64,000 bases of DNA. It comes from Piromyces finnis finn (lineage: Eukaryota; Fungi; Neocallimastigomycota). Location: contig MCFH01000036.1 in NCBI GenBank assembly GCA_002104945.1, forward strand, positions 248,001-312,000, given 5' to 3'. The translations under genes and the position numbers were made by a program. The notes below the pieces were generated by a model. That model ran no database searches, was not told where the DNA came from, and saw only the letters and a list, made by a program, of their open reading frames with translations. Shown one piece after another: positions 1-11,525 of this stretch (the first letter of the stretch is position 1; every line of letters starts with the position of its first letter).

Positions 1-1797
<1,797 letters not shown>

Positions 1798-2791
1798 TTT
1801 CAATCGAATTTACTATTTCCTGAATATTTTTGTATAAAATATATTTAAATGTTATTGAATATAGAGTAGATATTTAAGAGTTGATTTGTTGACAGATAGA
1901 TAGATAAAAATAAAATTGAAATTGATTTTTCCTACTTTAAAAATGATATTCTTATGATTTTATATATTATAACAATAAAAAAAAAAAAAGATATAAATAA
2001 CTTATATTATTAAAACTAGAAAAAAAAATAGCAATAGAAAAGTTATACTATTTATTATAATAAATAAATGGTTAATTATTAGGATGGACACACCTACTTT
2101 TTATTATTTAAATTTTTTTATAGAAAGAGATAAAAAAATAAATTTTTTTTTTTTTTTTGATTATTAAATGTGGTGGGATTAATTAAAAAAATTTTTTGAT
2201 TATAAATTTAGAATTTTTTTTTTACATGTTCAATTATTCACTTTTTAAATAATATTTTAAATGAAAATTTATGAGATTAATACCAAAGAATTCCAATAGT
2301 ATAAAACTATATAAGAAAAAAAAAAAGACTTTTCATATTTCTATTTAATTGCTTTTTTTTTAAAAAAAAAAAAAAGGGCCTTTTATTGACCATCCTTTTT
2401 GTCGTCAAGGAAATTTTTATTACCTAAAATGAGGAGCTTTTGGCCCTAATTGATCCACTAAGTTTTTTTATTATTTTTTAAAATTTTAGATCGAAATTAT
2501 AATTTTTAAAACTTTATATTTAATCAATCAATACATCAGCCACGTTATATAACAATATTGATATAAAATTGAAATAAGATAAAACATAATATTATGGTTA
2601 TAAGCCTTAAAATAATAATTTAAAAAGAGCCAATCATTCATATGATTTTTTTTTATTTTTTATTTTTTTGAATAATTAAAAAAAAAAAAAAAAAAAAATT
2701 AAATAGAAAGAAAAAAAGAAAGTCTTTCAATAGTGAAAAGTTATTCTTTTTTTTTTAAAAAACAGTTTATTTTAATAATAATATTAATAAC

Positions 2792-4536
2792 ATGCCAAGT
2801 TCGAATATAAAAAAAGCTAAAAACGATTTAGGAAAAATTATTGCTTCATTAAATGATGAAGAACTTCACGAATTTATTCATTACCTTAAGGAAGCTGTCT
2901 GTAAGAATTTATTAAAAAGAAACGTCAATAATAAAATATTATATATGCCATTTCAATTGAAATTGTTTTTATAAGAGTATAAATAAAAATATTAGTGAAA
3001 TGATATATTTATTTATACCCATTACATATTTATTATTAAAAAAAAAAAACGATAAAAAAATTAATTTTATTTCTATATTATTTATTTATTCCTTTCATTT
3101 AAATAAAAAAAAAAAAAAAAAAAATGAAATTTCCAAAATTCAATTCAAAATTCAATTCAAATCTATTCATATTAAAAATTTTAATATTTCTATCCAATTA
3201 ACTAAAGCTCAACAAGAAAAAATTGATTGTCATTGTTCAGAAGATTTAGATGAAGAATATGAAAGAGAACAAGAAGAAGATAGAATTGCTGAAGCTAATG
3301 AACAATTAAATAAAATTGTTTTAGATTTAAGAAAAAAGCTTCCATTAAACGCTGAAGCTCCAGATGAAACTATTACTATTCCAAAGAATTCTAAAGAAGT
3401 AATATATATATATATTATATAAATTTTTTAAAATAAAAATTTAACCATTTCAATTAATTTTTTTTTTTAAATTATTTATTAATCCAAAAAATATATTATT
3501 ATTTCCAAATATATATGTTTAAAAACATATTTTTTATATACAAAAACATTAAAATGAAAAGTTTGAAGGTTACACTAAGGAAAATACTGTCAATGTAGAT
3601 TCCTTTTTATACGATGAAAAAGCTTTAGACGAATTAGAAGAAAGTGGAAAGTTTTCATTCAACTATTGTGCTGACTGTTTATCAAAAAATGTTAAACCAT
3701 TAAACTTTATTTCACATTCTGCTTCCATAGTAAAGCTTAACTATTTATTCAATGTTGCCTTAAAGGATGAAATAAAAGATATTCATAATTTAGTTGATGT
3801 TGGTTCTCGTTTAGGTGCTGTTTTATACACTGTAAGAATAAAATAATTTTATTATCATTTTAAATATAATATTATAATATACATAATATATATATATGAT
3901 GCACCTTTGGTTTATAATTAATTATATATTTAATTTTTATAAAAAATAAATATCTATTAAAAAAAAAAAAGGCCTACTATTATACCCCAATTGAAAAGAT
4001 TATTGGTATTGAATTAAATCCAACCTTTTCACGTTTAACTAAAATGTTATTGAGGATTATAGTATGAATGAAGAACGTATTTCCGTTTTCTGTGATAATA
4101 TTTTAAATCGTGCTACCGAACTTCAAAATGCTAACATTGTAGTTTTAAATAATGTTTTCCAATTCTTTATTAAAAAGAAGGCATCTCAACGTAACTTATG
4201 GAAGTTCTTACATGACAATATTACTAAAAAGGGTACTATCATTGTTACTATGCCATCATTAGAAGAACAATTAGCCGAAGTTAATGTATGTTAATCTTTC
4301 CATAATCAATTTTATTTTAAACTTGTATATACTTTTCATGTTTTTATTTCATTTAGCTTTAATACATCAGATTTGTAAATTGTTTATTTTATTAATTCTT
4401 TATTAATTTATAATATTAGTCACCAATTAGAGTCGATCAATGGCTTGATTCTTTCCATTTAGAAAGAGATTTATCAATGTACGATGAAAATGATGCTGAG
4501 GATATCATGAATATGTTCTTCTACCGTGTTAAATAG
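2792..4536 (+). CDS. Uncharacterised class I SAM-dependent methyltransferase-like protein (~333 aa) with a 1-nt frameshift in exon 4
   Basis: Exons 2792-2900, 3208-3398, 3562-3831, 3972-4285 and 4420-4536. Motif I-like LVDVGSRLGAVLY, post-I KIIGIELN, then IVVLNNVFQFF. N-terminal VDSFLYDE...YCADCLS...FISHS block. Exon 4 is 314 nt between two phase-0 introns, one base short. Confidence 0.72.
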
Positions 4537-5387
4537 ATGAAATTAGGGAGGGAGGAATTAAAACAAAAAACGAAAAAAAAAAAAAACTACATATATATAA
4601 TTAATACCTTTGTTTAATCATCCATTACGATTGTATTATAACATTTAGATTTATAAGTAATATGATAATAATAAAAAAAAAAAAAATAGAATGAATCTTT
4701 AATGTGTAATATCTTAAGCTATAAAATATGTTAATTGATTTATATTTAATAATTACATTTTTTATTAAAGGTTTTTATATATATTACTATTAAAACAAAG
4801 TCATTCAAAATATATAAAAGTAAAAAATTATTTTTTTTTATTTATTTATTTTTTTTCTTTTTAAACACTTTAAAAAAAAAAACTTTGTCTTTTAATTTTA
4901 ATTAGTTTATAAAAAAAATACTAAAAATTATTCTATTTGTCGTTTTTTTTTTTTTTTTTTTTTTTGTCTGTCTTTATAGCATATCGTCAATTCTATATTT
5001 TCTAAAAAATAAAAAAAAAAAAATTATATAATAAAAGTAATACAAATTAAAAAAAAAAAAAAATGAAAAAATTAACAGAAAATTTAAGACATTAATTAAA
5101 AAAAAAAAAAAAAGGTAATAATACAAAAGGAATACAAAAAAAAAAAAAAAAGGTGGAAAAAGGTTTGTGAAATGATTAACTTTTTAAATATAAATATAAA
5201 AATTCATTAAATAATAATAGAAGAAGAAGGAAAAAAAAAAAACAAATCTATTATTATTTATAAAAGGTTACTTTTTTTATATTTAATTGGTATTTATATT
5301 ATTTTAAAATAGGTAAATGGCTTTTTTTTTTTTTTGTTTTTTTTTTTTTTTTTCTTATTTTTTAAAAAAATATATTAAAAAAAAAAC

Positions 5388-5419
<32 letters not shown>

Positions 5420-5526
5420 TAAATATCTTTTGTATATATTTATTTAAAGAAAAAAATAATCTTTTTTTTTTTTTTTTTGAAATATTTTATGTTATGAAAA
5501 CATTTTTTTTTTATAAATTTCAAAAT

Positions 5527-5531
5527 GATAA
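5527..5531. repeat. 5-bp target-site duplication GATAA, left copy (right copy 11526-11530)
   Basis: GATAA immediately precedes the TG of the 5' LTR and immediately follows the CA of the 3' LTR. Confidence 0.95.
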
Positions 5532-5766
5532 TGTGAAAATAAAATACATTCCAAAATAATATTTTATGTATTTTTTATGTATTTGTATTTTATAAAATTA
5601 TAAATTAATATTGTACTACATTTTTATTCTTTGGTTATTTTTTAATAAAAAGATTTTAAGAAAGTTACAATATTTATATTATAAAATAAATATAAATAAA
5701 TAAAAGATTATAAAAACCCAAATAGTTTTATAAATAAATTTAAGTGTAAACTAAATTTATCTGACA
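5532..5766 (+). repeat. 5' LTR (235 bp)
   Basis: Starts TGTGAAAATAAAATAC and ends AATTTATCTGACA. No difference from the 3' LTR on reading by eye. Confidence 0.97.
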
Positions 5767-5788
5767 GATTAAGAGTCTCAATTGCTCT
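5767..5788 (+). promoter_or_regulatory. Primer-binding site complementary to the anticodon arm of tRNA-Lys(CUU) (half-tRNA type)
   Basis: GATTAAGAGTCTCA abuts the LTR. Its reverse complement TGAGA-CTCTTAA-TC is a 5' anticodon stem, the Lys(CUU) loop and 2 nt of the 3' stem. After a 2-nt bulge, TGCTCT matches the D-stem 3' strand AGAGCA. Confidence 0.8.
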
Positions 5789-5814
5789 TATATTTAAGTA
5801 AGTTTTTTTTTAAT

Positions 5815-8800
5815 ATGTCAAAAAGAAAATCTAACGGAGATACTGGATCAATTCCTATATTCGATCCTACCGTTATGCTAGGAAAGGTCACTTATGAATT
5901 GAACAATAAAAATTTCATAACGTGGCAAATGTTTATGAGGAATATTTTAAATTATTATGGTCTTGAAGATTGGGTTGATGAAAACAAAACCCCAAAGATC
6001 AAAAGTGACGAAGGAATGGATATCGACGGAGAAGAATATCTAAAGGCACCTTTTGAAATCAATACCTACTATGATAAGAACGTAACCGAAGATGACTTAA
6101 AAACAGATAGGAATATCCAATTTTTAATTAGGTATACTTTAGGCCCAAACTGCCAACAAGATATCCAAGATAGGTCTTTAACAAGCTACGAAATGTGGAA
6201 ACTATTAGAAGACATTTATTTAGGGGATAAAATAGAAAGAAAGAATAGGCTTATTAAGGAAACAAACTCCTTAAAATACGACCCGAAAGAAAGTTTCTCA
6301 AGATTTGTAAATAAGTTAAATTCCAACTTTAATAAGTTAGAACAACTAAATGTGAAAATAGATGATGAAGAAAAAATTGGTTTACTGTATCAAGCCTTAC
6401 CAGAAAAATATAGGAAAGTCACAGTCCTTAAGCATGAAGACTGGGAAGAATGCAAAAAGGACACAGCAAGAATGATAGATAAGATGAACAAATTTGATCC
6501 GAAAGAGAAATCTGAAACCTTCGGAATTAGACATATCTTTAGTGTTGAAGGTAGTTACAAAGGTGATAAAAGAAAGGAAAGTACTAAATACTACCGCAAC
6601 AAACAAAGTAATAATCATAATAAAAATACAAATAAAGGAAAAGAAAAGTCCAATGAAGAAAGAAATTGGAATAACAAAAATAAACAAAACATTACATGTT
6701 ATTTTTGTCATCAAAAAGGACATACTGTAAAACAATGTCGTATTCAAAAAGAACTTTCAGAAGAAGTTACAAGAAGGCTAAGAAAAGAGAAAAATAAAGG
6801 CAAGGAAGCATTTTTAGCAACAGGTGAAATAGTAAATAAACAAACCACTGAAGACTTTGAACCAGAAGTTGGATATCAAGATTTGTTTACAGTTGATTAC
6901 AATACATTATTTGACAATAACAATGATGAATGTAATAATAAATCATGCAATTACGTATCTTGTGAAAATGTACCTACAAGTTTTACTACATGGACTTTAG
7001 ATTCTGGTGCTTCTAATCATATTACCAAAGATATAGGAATTCTCAAAAATGTTTTTGAACATGTAGAACCAATCAATTATGCAAATGGAGCGACTACAAA
7101 GTCAACACATATGGGTGAAGTAAATGGATCTATTAATGAAGAACCAATAAAATTAGAAGATGTAATGTACATCCCAGATGTAAAACGAAATTTAATTTCT
7201 GTTGCCAAGTTAGTTAAAAGTGGCTACCAAATAATCTTTGATGAGAAGAACAATAATGTATTTGCATATATAAAAGATAAGAAAACAGATAATGTATACG
7301 AAGTTAAAGCAAATGAATATGATGTATTCAATTTGTACATCAAAGAAGGTAATGTAGTTAATAATTACTCAATGTGCGATAATGTACGAAACAATGGTGA
7401 ATACTGGCATAGAAGAATAGGGCATCTGAATTTCAACAATAATGATGAAAAGAACAATATTCACAATTGTACAATATGCATGAGAAGCAAAATGAAAGAA
7501 ATCCCTCATAAAAGGTCAGATAGTAGAGCATCAAGTGTTTTGGAACTAGTACACATCGATTTGGTAGGTCCAATCACACCATCAATTCATGACAACGTAT
7601 ACTTTTTAAGTATCTTAGATGATTACAGTCGATATGGATGGGTAATATTTGTCAAGAATAAAAGTGATGTTTTCAAAGAATTTGGAAATTGGCTGAATAA
7701 AACTACTAATGAATTATCATCCAAAGTAAAATATCTTAGAAGCGATAATGGAACTGAATTCACTTCTAATAACTTCAAGGAGTTATGTAACGAATATGGA
7801 ATAACTCAACAATTCACCGTCCCTGGAAATCCGGAGCAGAATGGAAGAGCAGAAAGATTCAATGGAAAGTTAATAAAAACTGCTACTGCAATGTTAATGG
7901 ACGCAAGGTTATGTCGTCGCTTTTGGGAAGATGCTGTGAAAACAGCGAACTATGTTCATAATCGAGTTCCGCACAGTGGAATTAATGGTGAAATACCATT
8001 TGAATTAATGTACAACAGAAAAGTTGATTATAAAAATTTAAGAGTATTTGGATGTAAAGTGTATTATTTAGATGACAGTAACATTCCAAAATTTCAAGAC
8101 AAAACTAAGGAGGGAATCTTTATCGGATATGATGAATCTTCAGTAGGATACAGAATATTCGACATAAAATCAAGGAAAATTAAAGTGAAAAGAGTCGTAG
8201 GTTTTTTAGAAGAAGAACCTGGTGACTACAATTATAATTTAGAAAAAGAAAATAATAATGAAACATATAGTCAAGATACAGAAACTTTTCAAGTAAGGAA
8301 CTTTAATTATATGTATGATAAAGAAAATGAAAACAATAACAATAAAGACAAAAAAGAAAAGGACATTTCAAATGAAAATGATAAATTAATGAATGAAAAC
8401 CTAGAAACACTCAATGATAAAACTAGTAATAAAGAAGACTTAAAAGAAGTAAATTATGAAGAAAAATTTAGAAATATAGAAGAAAAGCTGGATAAGCTCA
8501 CGTCACTATTAAATAAAGAAAAAAATAATAGTTCTGAAAGTTTTATGCAAGTCTGCGAGGACACTAATGATAGTAATATGAGTATAGAAGACTCAGAAGA
8601 AGAAGACTTAAATCTCTTAGACTATATTAAACTAAAAGAAAAGAAAAAAGAACGTTTGAACAAAAATAATTACCAGAAAATTGAAGAAATGGAAGAAAAT
8701 AAAGAAATTAAAATAAGTACTTCAATGGAATCTGTAAGTGAAACCAATAAAGAAAAAGAAAACAATAATGACATTTCAGGAAGTAACGACGGCAATATAA

Positions 8801-11268
8801 ATAACTTTACCTTGGAAGAAAATAATTTAAAATATAATAATTTAAAATATAATAGTGCTGACGAAACTGAAATTTGTGAAATTAAAGAAGTGAATATAAA
8901 GAGAAATGACGACAAGAAAAATAAAAATATAAACAGTAAAGACAATTCAAATATATCAAAGGATAATAAAAGGAATAATAAATACCTGAATGCAAAAGGA
9001 AATGTTTATTTTATAGAAGAAAATTCAGACATTGTAAATAAAAATGAATTAATTGAAGAAGTATTAAAAACACCATCAGAAATGGAGATAAATGATTTAA
9101 CTGGAGAAATTGACAATAATGATTTTTTAAATATCCTGAGTCCTGACATTGATTTAGGAACAAGAAAGAAAATTGATTTTGAAAATATTGAGAGTGTCAA
9201 AAATAATATAAATAAAAATAATAGAAAAGAAATAGAAAATAATTATTCAAATGTAAAAGTAAATTATAAGAATGAAGAATATTATAAGAAAAATTACATA
9301 CCTATTAATGAGAATGAAATAAGAAGAAATTTGAATAAAGAAAATATCAATATTCCTGAAGAAAAGTCCAAATTTAAAAATATTTCTGATGAAAAAGAAA
9401 GTAATTTAAATAATCAAAATAAAAAGGAATATAATTTGAGAAATTTAAAAAATAAAAATGAAATTAAAGATCCAATCAATAAAGATAAATCTAAGAAAAA
9501 ATTTTTTGATAAGAAAAAGTTATTATCAAAACAAAATTTTTTGAATAAGAGAAATCTAAATAGAAAATTAAAATCCAATAAAAATTTTAAATTAAATGAA
9601 AATCATCCACCAAAGGAAGAAAAATTCCCAAGAAAGCGGAAACTTGTTCCAAGTGAAGATGTCATAGAAGAAAAATTTAGTAAGCCACATGAACATGAAC
9701 CAGAAAAGAAGAAAATTAAGGAAGTGGCGCTAACTATAGCACAAATCAAGGAGCCAAATTCCTATAATGATATATTTAAAAGAAAAGATAAGGATAAGTG
9801 GATAAAAGCAATAGAAGCCGAATTGCTAAATATGAAAGAAAGAAAAGTGTTCAAAAGAATAGATGAAGTTCCAGAAGACGCCAATATTATTGATTCAAGA
9901 TGGGTATTTAAGATAAAAAGGAATAGCACTGGTGAGATAGAAAAATACAAAGCTAGACTTGTAGCCAGAGGTTTTACACAAGAATATGGAGAAGACTACA
10001 ATGAGACCTTTTCTCCTACTCTAAAACAAGACTCATTAAGAATCCTAATAGGAATAGCTGCAATTAATAACTATAAAATCCATCAATTAGATGTTAAGGC
10101 CGCATATTTGTATGCAGATTTAAAGGAAGATATATATATGAAAGCACCTGAAGGAGATAAAATGTATAAAAAAGGATTATGGAAATTAAATAAAGCATTA
10201 TATGGCTTAAAACAAGCAGCAAGAGAATGGAATAACAACATCAGCAATACTCTCATTGAACTAGGATTTCAGAAATTAGTTAGCGAACCATGCATATTTA
10301 TAAAGACCAAAAACAATAAATTAGTATGTTTAGTTGGAATATATGTTGATGACATCCTAATAACTGGTAAAAAGGAAGAAATAGATAAAACTATTAAATT
10401 AATTAAAGAGAAATATGTTATCACGGATGTTGGTGATGCAAATTTCATCATAGGAATCAAAGTAGAAACGTTAAAAGATGGGTATTTGTTACATCAAGAA
10501 AGGTATTTAAAGGATATATTACACAAATTTGGTTTAGAAAACTGCAGAGGATCAAAGACAACTACACCAATCAAGAATGATGAACAACTCAATCAGCCTT
10601 TTGACCCTACTACTTATAGAGCTGCAATAGGAAGTCTTTTATATTTAGCCATAGGTACTCGTCCAGATATCTTATTTTCAGTAACCAAAGCATCTAGGTT
10701 CTCACAAAATCCTACTATCCAAAATTGGAAGAATGTATTACAAATATTCAAATATCTGAAAGAAAATCCTCATTATGGAATCCGTTTTGAAAGAAACTTA
10801 AATTTGAAGATTTTTGTAGATTCAGACTATGGGGGAGATGAAGAAACAAGAAAATCTACCACTGGATTTGTATTTTTATTGGGAAATGGACCAACAAGCT
10901 GGTACTCAAAACTGCAAAAATGTGTATCAACTTCAACCGCCGAAGCAGAATATTATGGACTTTGTGAATGCTCAAAGCAAGCTCTGTGGTATAGAAATAT
11001 TTTTAGTGAATTAAAAATAAAGGAAGAATGCTTAAAAATCAATATTGATAATCAAGCAACTATTTACAACGCAAATAATGAAACGATTAATCCAAAGTCA
11101 AAACATATTGATATTAAGTACCATAAAGTAAGAGAATTAATTAAAGAAAATAAAATCAGTCTAGAATATATAAAATCAGAAGAAAATTTAGCAGATGGTT
11201 TTACTAAATACTTGAATAAAAATAAAATGAAAATATTTAGAGATAGTTTATTATATAAATACAAATAA
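5815..11268 (+). CDS. Copia gag-pol polyprotein (1817 aa from the first ATG)
   Basis: Gag zinc knuckle CYFCHQKGHTVKQC; protease WTLDSGASNH; integrase WHRRIGH...CTIC, VHIDLVGP, LDDYSR, RSDNGTEF, GRAERFN; RT KARLVARGF, HQLDVKAAYL, ALYGLKQA, IYVDD; RNase H VDSDYGG, STAEAEY, IDNQA, ADGFTK. No internal stop or frameshift. The ORF-track start at 5782 is a TTG. Confidence 0.97.
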   Translation: MSKRKSNGDTGSIPIFDPTVMLGKVTYELNNKNFITWQMFMRNILNYYGLEDWVDENKTPKIKSDEGMDIDGEEYLKAPFEINTYYDKNVTEDDLKTDRNIQFLIRYTLGPNCQQDIQDRSLTSYEMWKLLEDIYLGDKIERKNRLIKETNSLKYDPKESFSRFVNKLNSNFNKLEQLNVKIDDEEKIGLLYQALPEKYRKVTVLKHEDWEECKKDTARMIDKMNKFDPKEKSETFGIRHIFSVEGSYKGDKRKESTKYYRNKQSNNHNKNTNKGKEKSNEERNWNNKNKQNITCYFCHQKGHTVKQCRIQKELSEEVTRRLRKEKNKGKEAFLATGEIVNKQTTEDFEPEVGYQDLFTVDYNTLFDNNNDECNNKSCNYVSCENVPTSFTTWTLDSGASNHITKDIGILKNVFEHVEPINYANGATTKSTHMGEVNGSINEEPIKLEDVMYIPDVKRNLISVAKLVKSGYQIIFDEKNNNVFAYIKDKKTDNVYEVKANEYDVFNLYIKEGNVVNNYSMCDNVRNNGEYWHRRIGHLNFNNNDEKNNIHNCTICMRSKMKEIPHKRSDSRASSVLELVHIDLVGPITPSIHDNVYFLSILDDYSRYGWVIFVKNKSDVFKEFGNWLNKTTNELSSKVKYLRSDNGTEFTSNNFKELCNEYGITQQFTVPGNPEQNGRAERFNGKLIKTATAMLMDARLCRRFWEDAVKTANYVHNRVPHSGINGEIPFELMYNRKVDYKNLRVFGCKVYYLDDSNIPKFQDKTKEGIFIGYDESSVGYRIFDIKSRKIKVKRVVGFLEEEPGDYNYNLEKENNNETYSQDTETFQVRNFNYMYDKENENNNNKDKKEKDISNENDKLMNENLETLNDKTSNKEDLKEVNYEEKFRNIEEKLDKLTSLLNKEKNNSSESFMQVCEDTNDSNMSIEDSEEEDLNLLDYIKLKEKKKERLNKNNYQKIEEMEENKEIKISTSMESVSETNKEKENNNDISGSNDGNINNFTLEENNLKYNNLKYNSADETEICEIKEVNIKRNDDKKNKNINSKDNSNISKDNKRNNKYLNAKGNVYFIEENSDIVNKNELIEEVLKTPSEMEINDLTGEIDNNDFLNILSPDIDLGTRKKIDFENIESVKNNINKNNRKEIENNYSNVKVNYKNEEYYKKNYIPINENEIRRNLNKENINIPEEKSKFKNISDEKESNLNNQNKKEYNLRNLKNKNEIKDPINKDKSKKKFFDKKKLLSKQNFLNKRNLNRKLKSNKNFKLNENHPPKEEKFPRKRKLVPSEDVIEEKFSKPHEHEPEKKKIKEVALTIAQIKEPNSYNDIFKRKDKDKWIKAIEAELLNMKERKVFKRIDEVPEDANIIDSRWVFKIKRNSTGEIEKYKARLVARGFTQEYGEDYNETFSPTLKQDSLRILIGIAAINNYKIHQLDVKAAYLYADLKEDIYMKAPEGDKMYKKGLWKLNKALYGLKQAAREWNNNISNTLIELGFQKLVSEPCIFIKTKNNKLVCLVGIYVDDILITGKKEEIDKTIKLIKEKYVITDVGDANFIIGIKVETLKDGYLLHQERYLKDILHKFGLENCRGSKTTTPIKNDEQLNQPFDPTTYRAAIGSLLYLAIGTRPDILFSVTKASRFSQNPTIQNWKNVLQIFKYLKENPHYGIRFERNLNLKIFVDSDYGGDEETRKSTTGFVFLLGNGPTSWYSKLQKCVSTSTAEAEYYGLCECSKQALWYRNIFSELKIKEECLKINIDNQATIYNANNETINPKSKHIDIKYHKVRELIKENKISLEYIKSEENLADGFTKYLNKNKMKIFRDSLLYKYK

Positions 11269-11283
11269 TGAATTTATAACTTT

Positions 11284-11290
11284 GGGGGAG
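11284..11290 (+). promoter_or_regulatory. Polypurine tract (plus-strand primer)
   Basis: GGGGGAG directly abuts the TG of the 3' LTR. Confidence 0.9.
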
Positions 11291-11525
11291 TGTGAAAATA
11301 AAATACATTCCAAAATAATATTTTATGTATTTTTTATGTATTTGTATTTTATAAAATTATAAATTAATATTGTACTACATTTTTATTCTTTGGTTATTTT
11401 TTAATAAAAAGATTTTAAGAAAGTTACAATATTTATATTATAAAATAAATATAAATAAATAAAAGATTATAAAAACCCAAATAGTTTTATAAATAAATTT
11501 AAGTGTAAACTAAATTTATCTGACA
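11291..11525 (+). repeat. 3' LTR (235 bp)
   Basis: Direct repeat of 5532-5766 with TG...CA termini. Confidence 0.97.

Larger units (their letters stand above)
5532..11525 (+). mobile_element. Full-length Ty1/copia LTR retrotransposon (5994 bp)
   Basis: Two 235-bp direct LTRs (TG...CA), 5-bp TSD, PBS, PPT and a single ORF in copia order gag-PR-IN-RT-RNaseH. Confidence 0.98.

Noticed and set aside
4035-4050. Programmed -1 ribosomal frameshift in the methyltransferase gene
   Set aside because: No X-XXY-YYZ slippery heptamer or evident downstream structure; a homopolymer error or mutation is simpler.
5317-5559. F/Y/K-rich ORF next to the 5' LTR (and 11754-12017 after the 3' LTR)
   Set aside because: Products of poly-T/poly-A and TAT runs; 5317-5559 even crosses the insertion junction.
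5767-5769. LTRs extending 3 nt further (GAT follows both copies)
   Set aside because: Coincidence between the PBS start GATTA and the TSD GATAA; TG...CA ends and the 5-bp TSD fix the boundaries.
5532-5790. Tf1-like self-priming, or a canonical 3'-CCA tRNA primer
   Set aside because: The LTR has no complement of the PBS (no CTCTTAATC), and no TGG follows the LTR.
6397-11264. Antisense and alternative-frame ORFs in the retrotransposon as extra or env-like genes
   Set aside because: Short shadows of the A-rich coding strand with no motifs. Only 15 nt separate the pol stop from the PPT, leaving no room for an env-like ORF. No chromodomain was seen.
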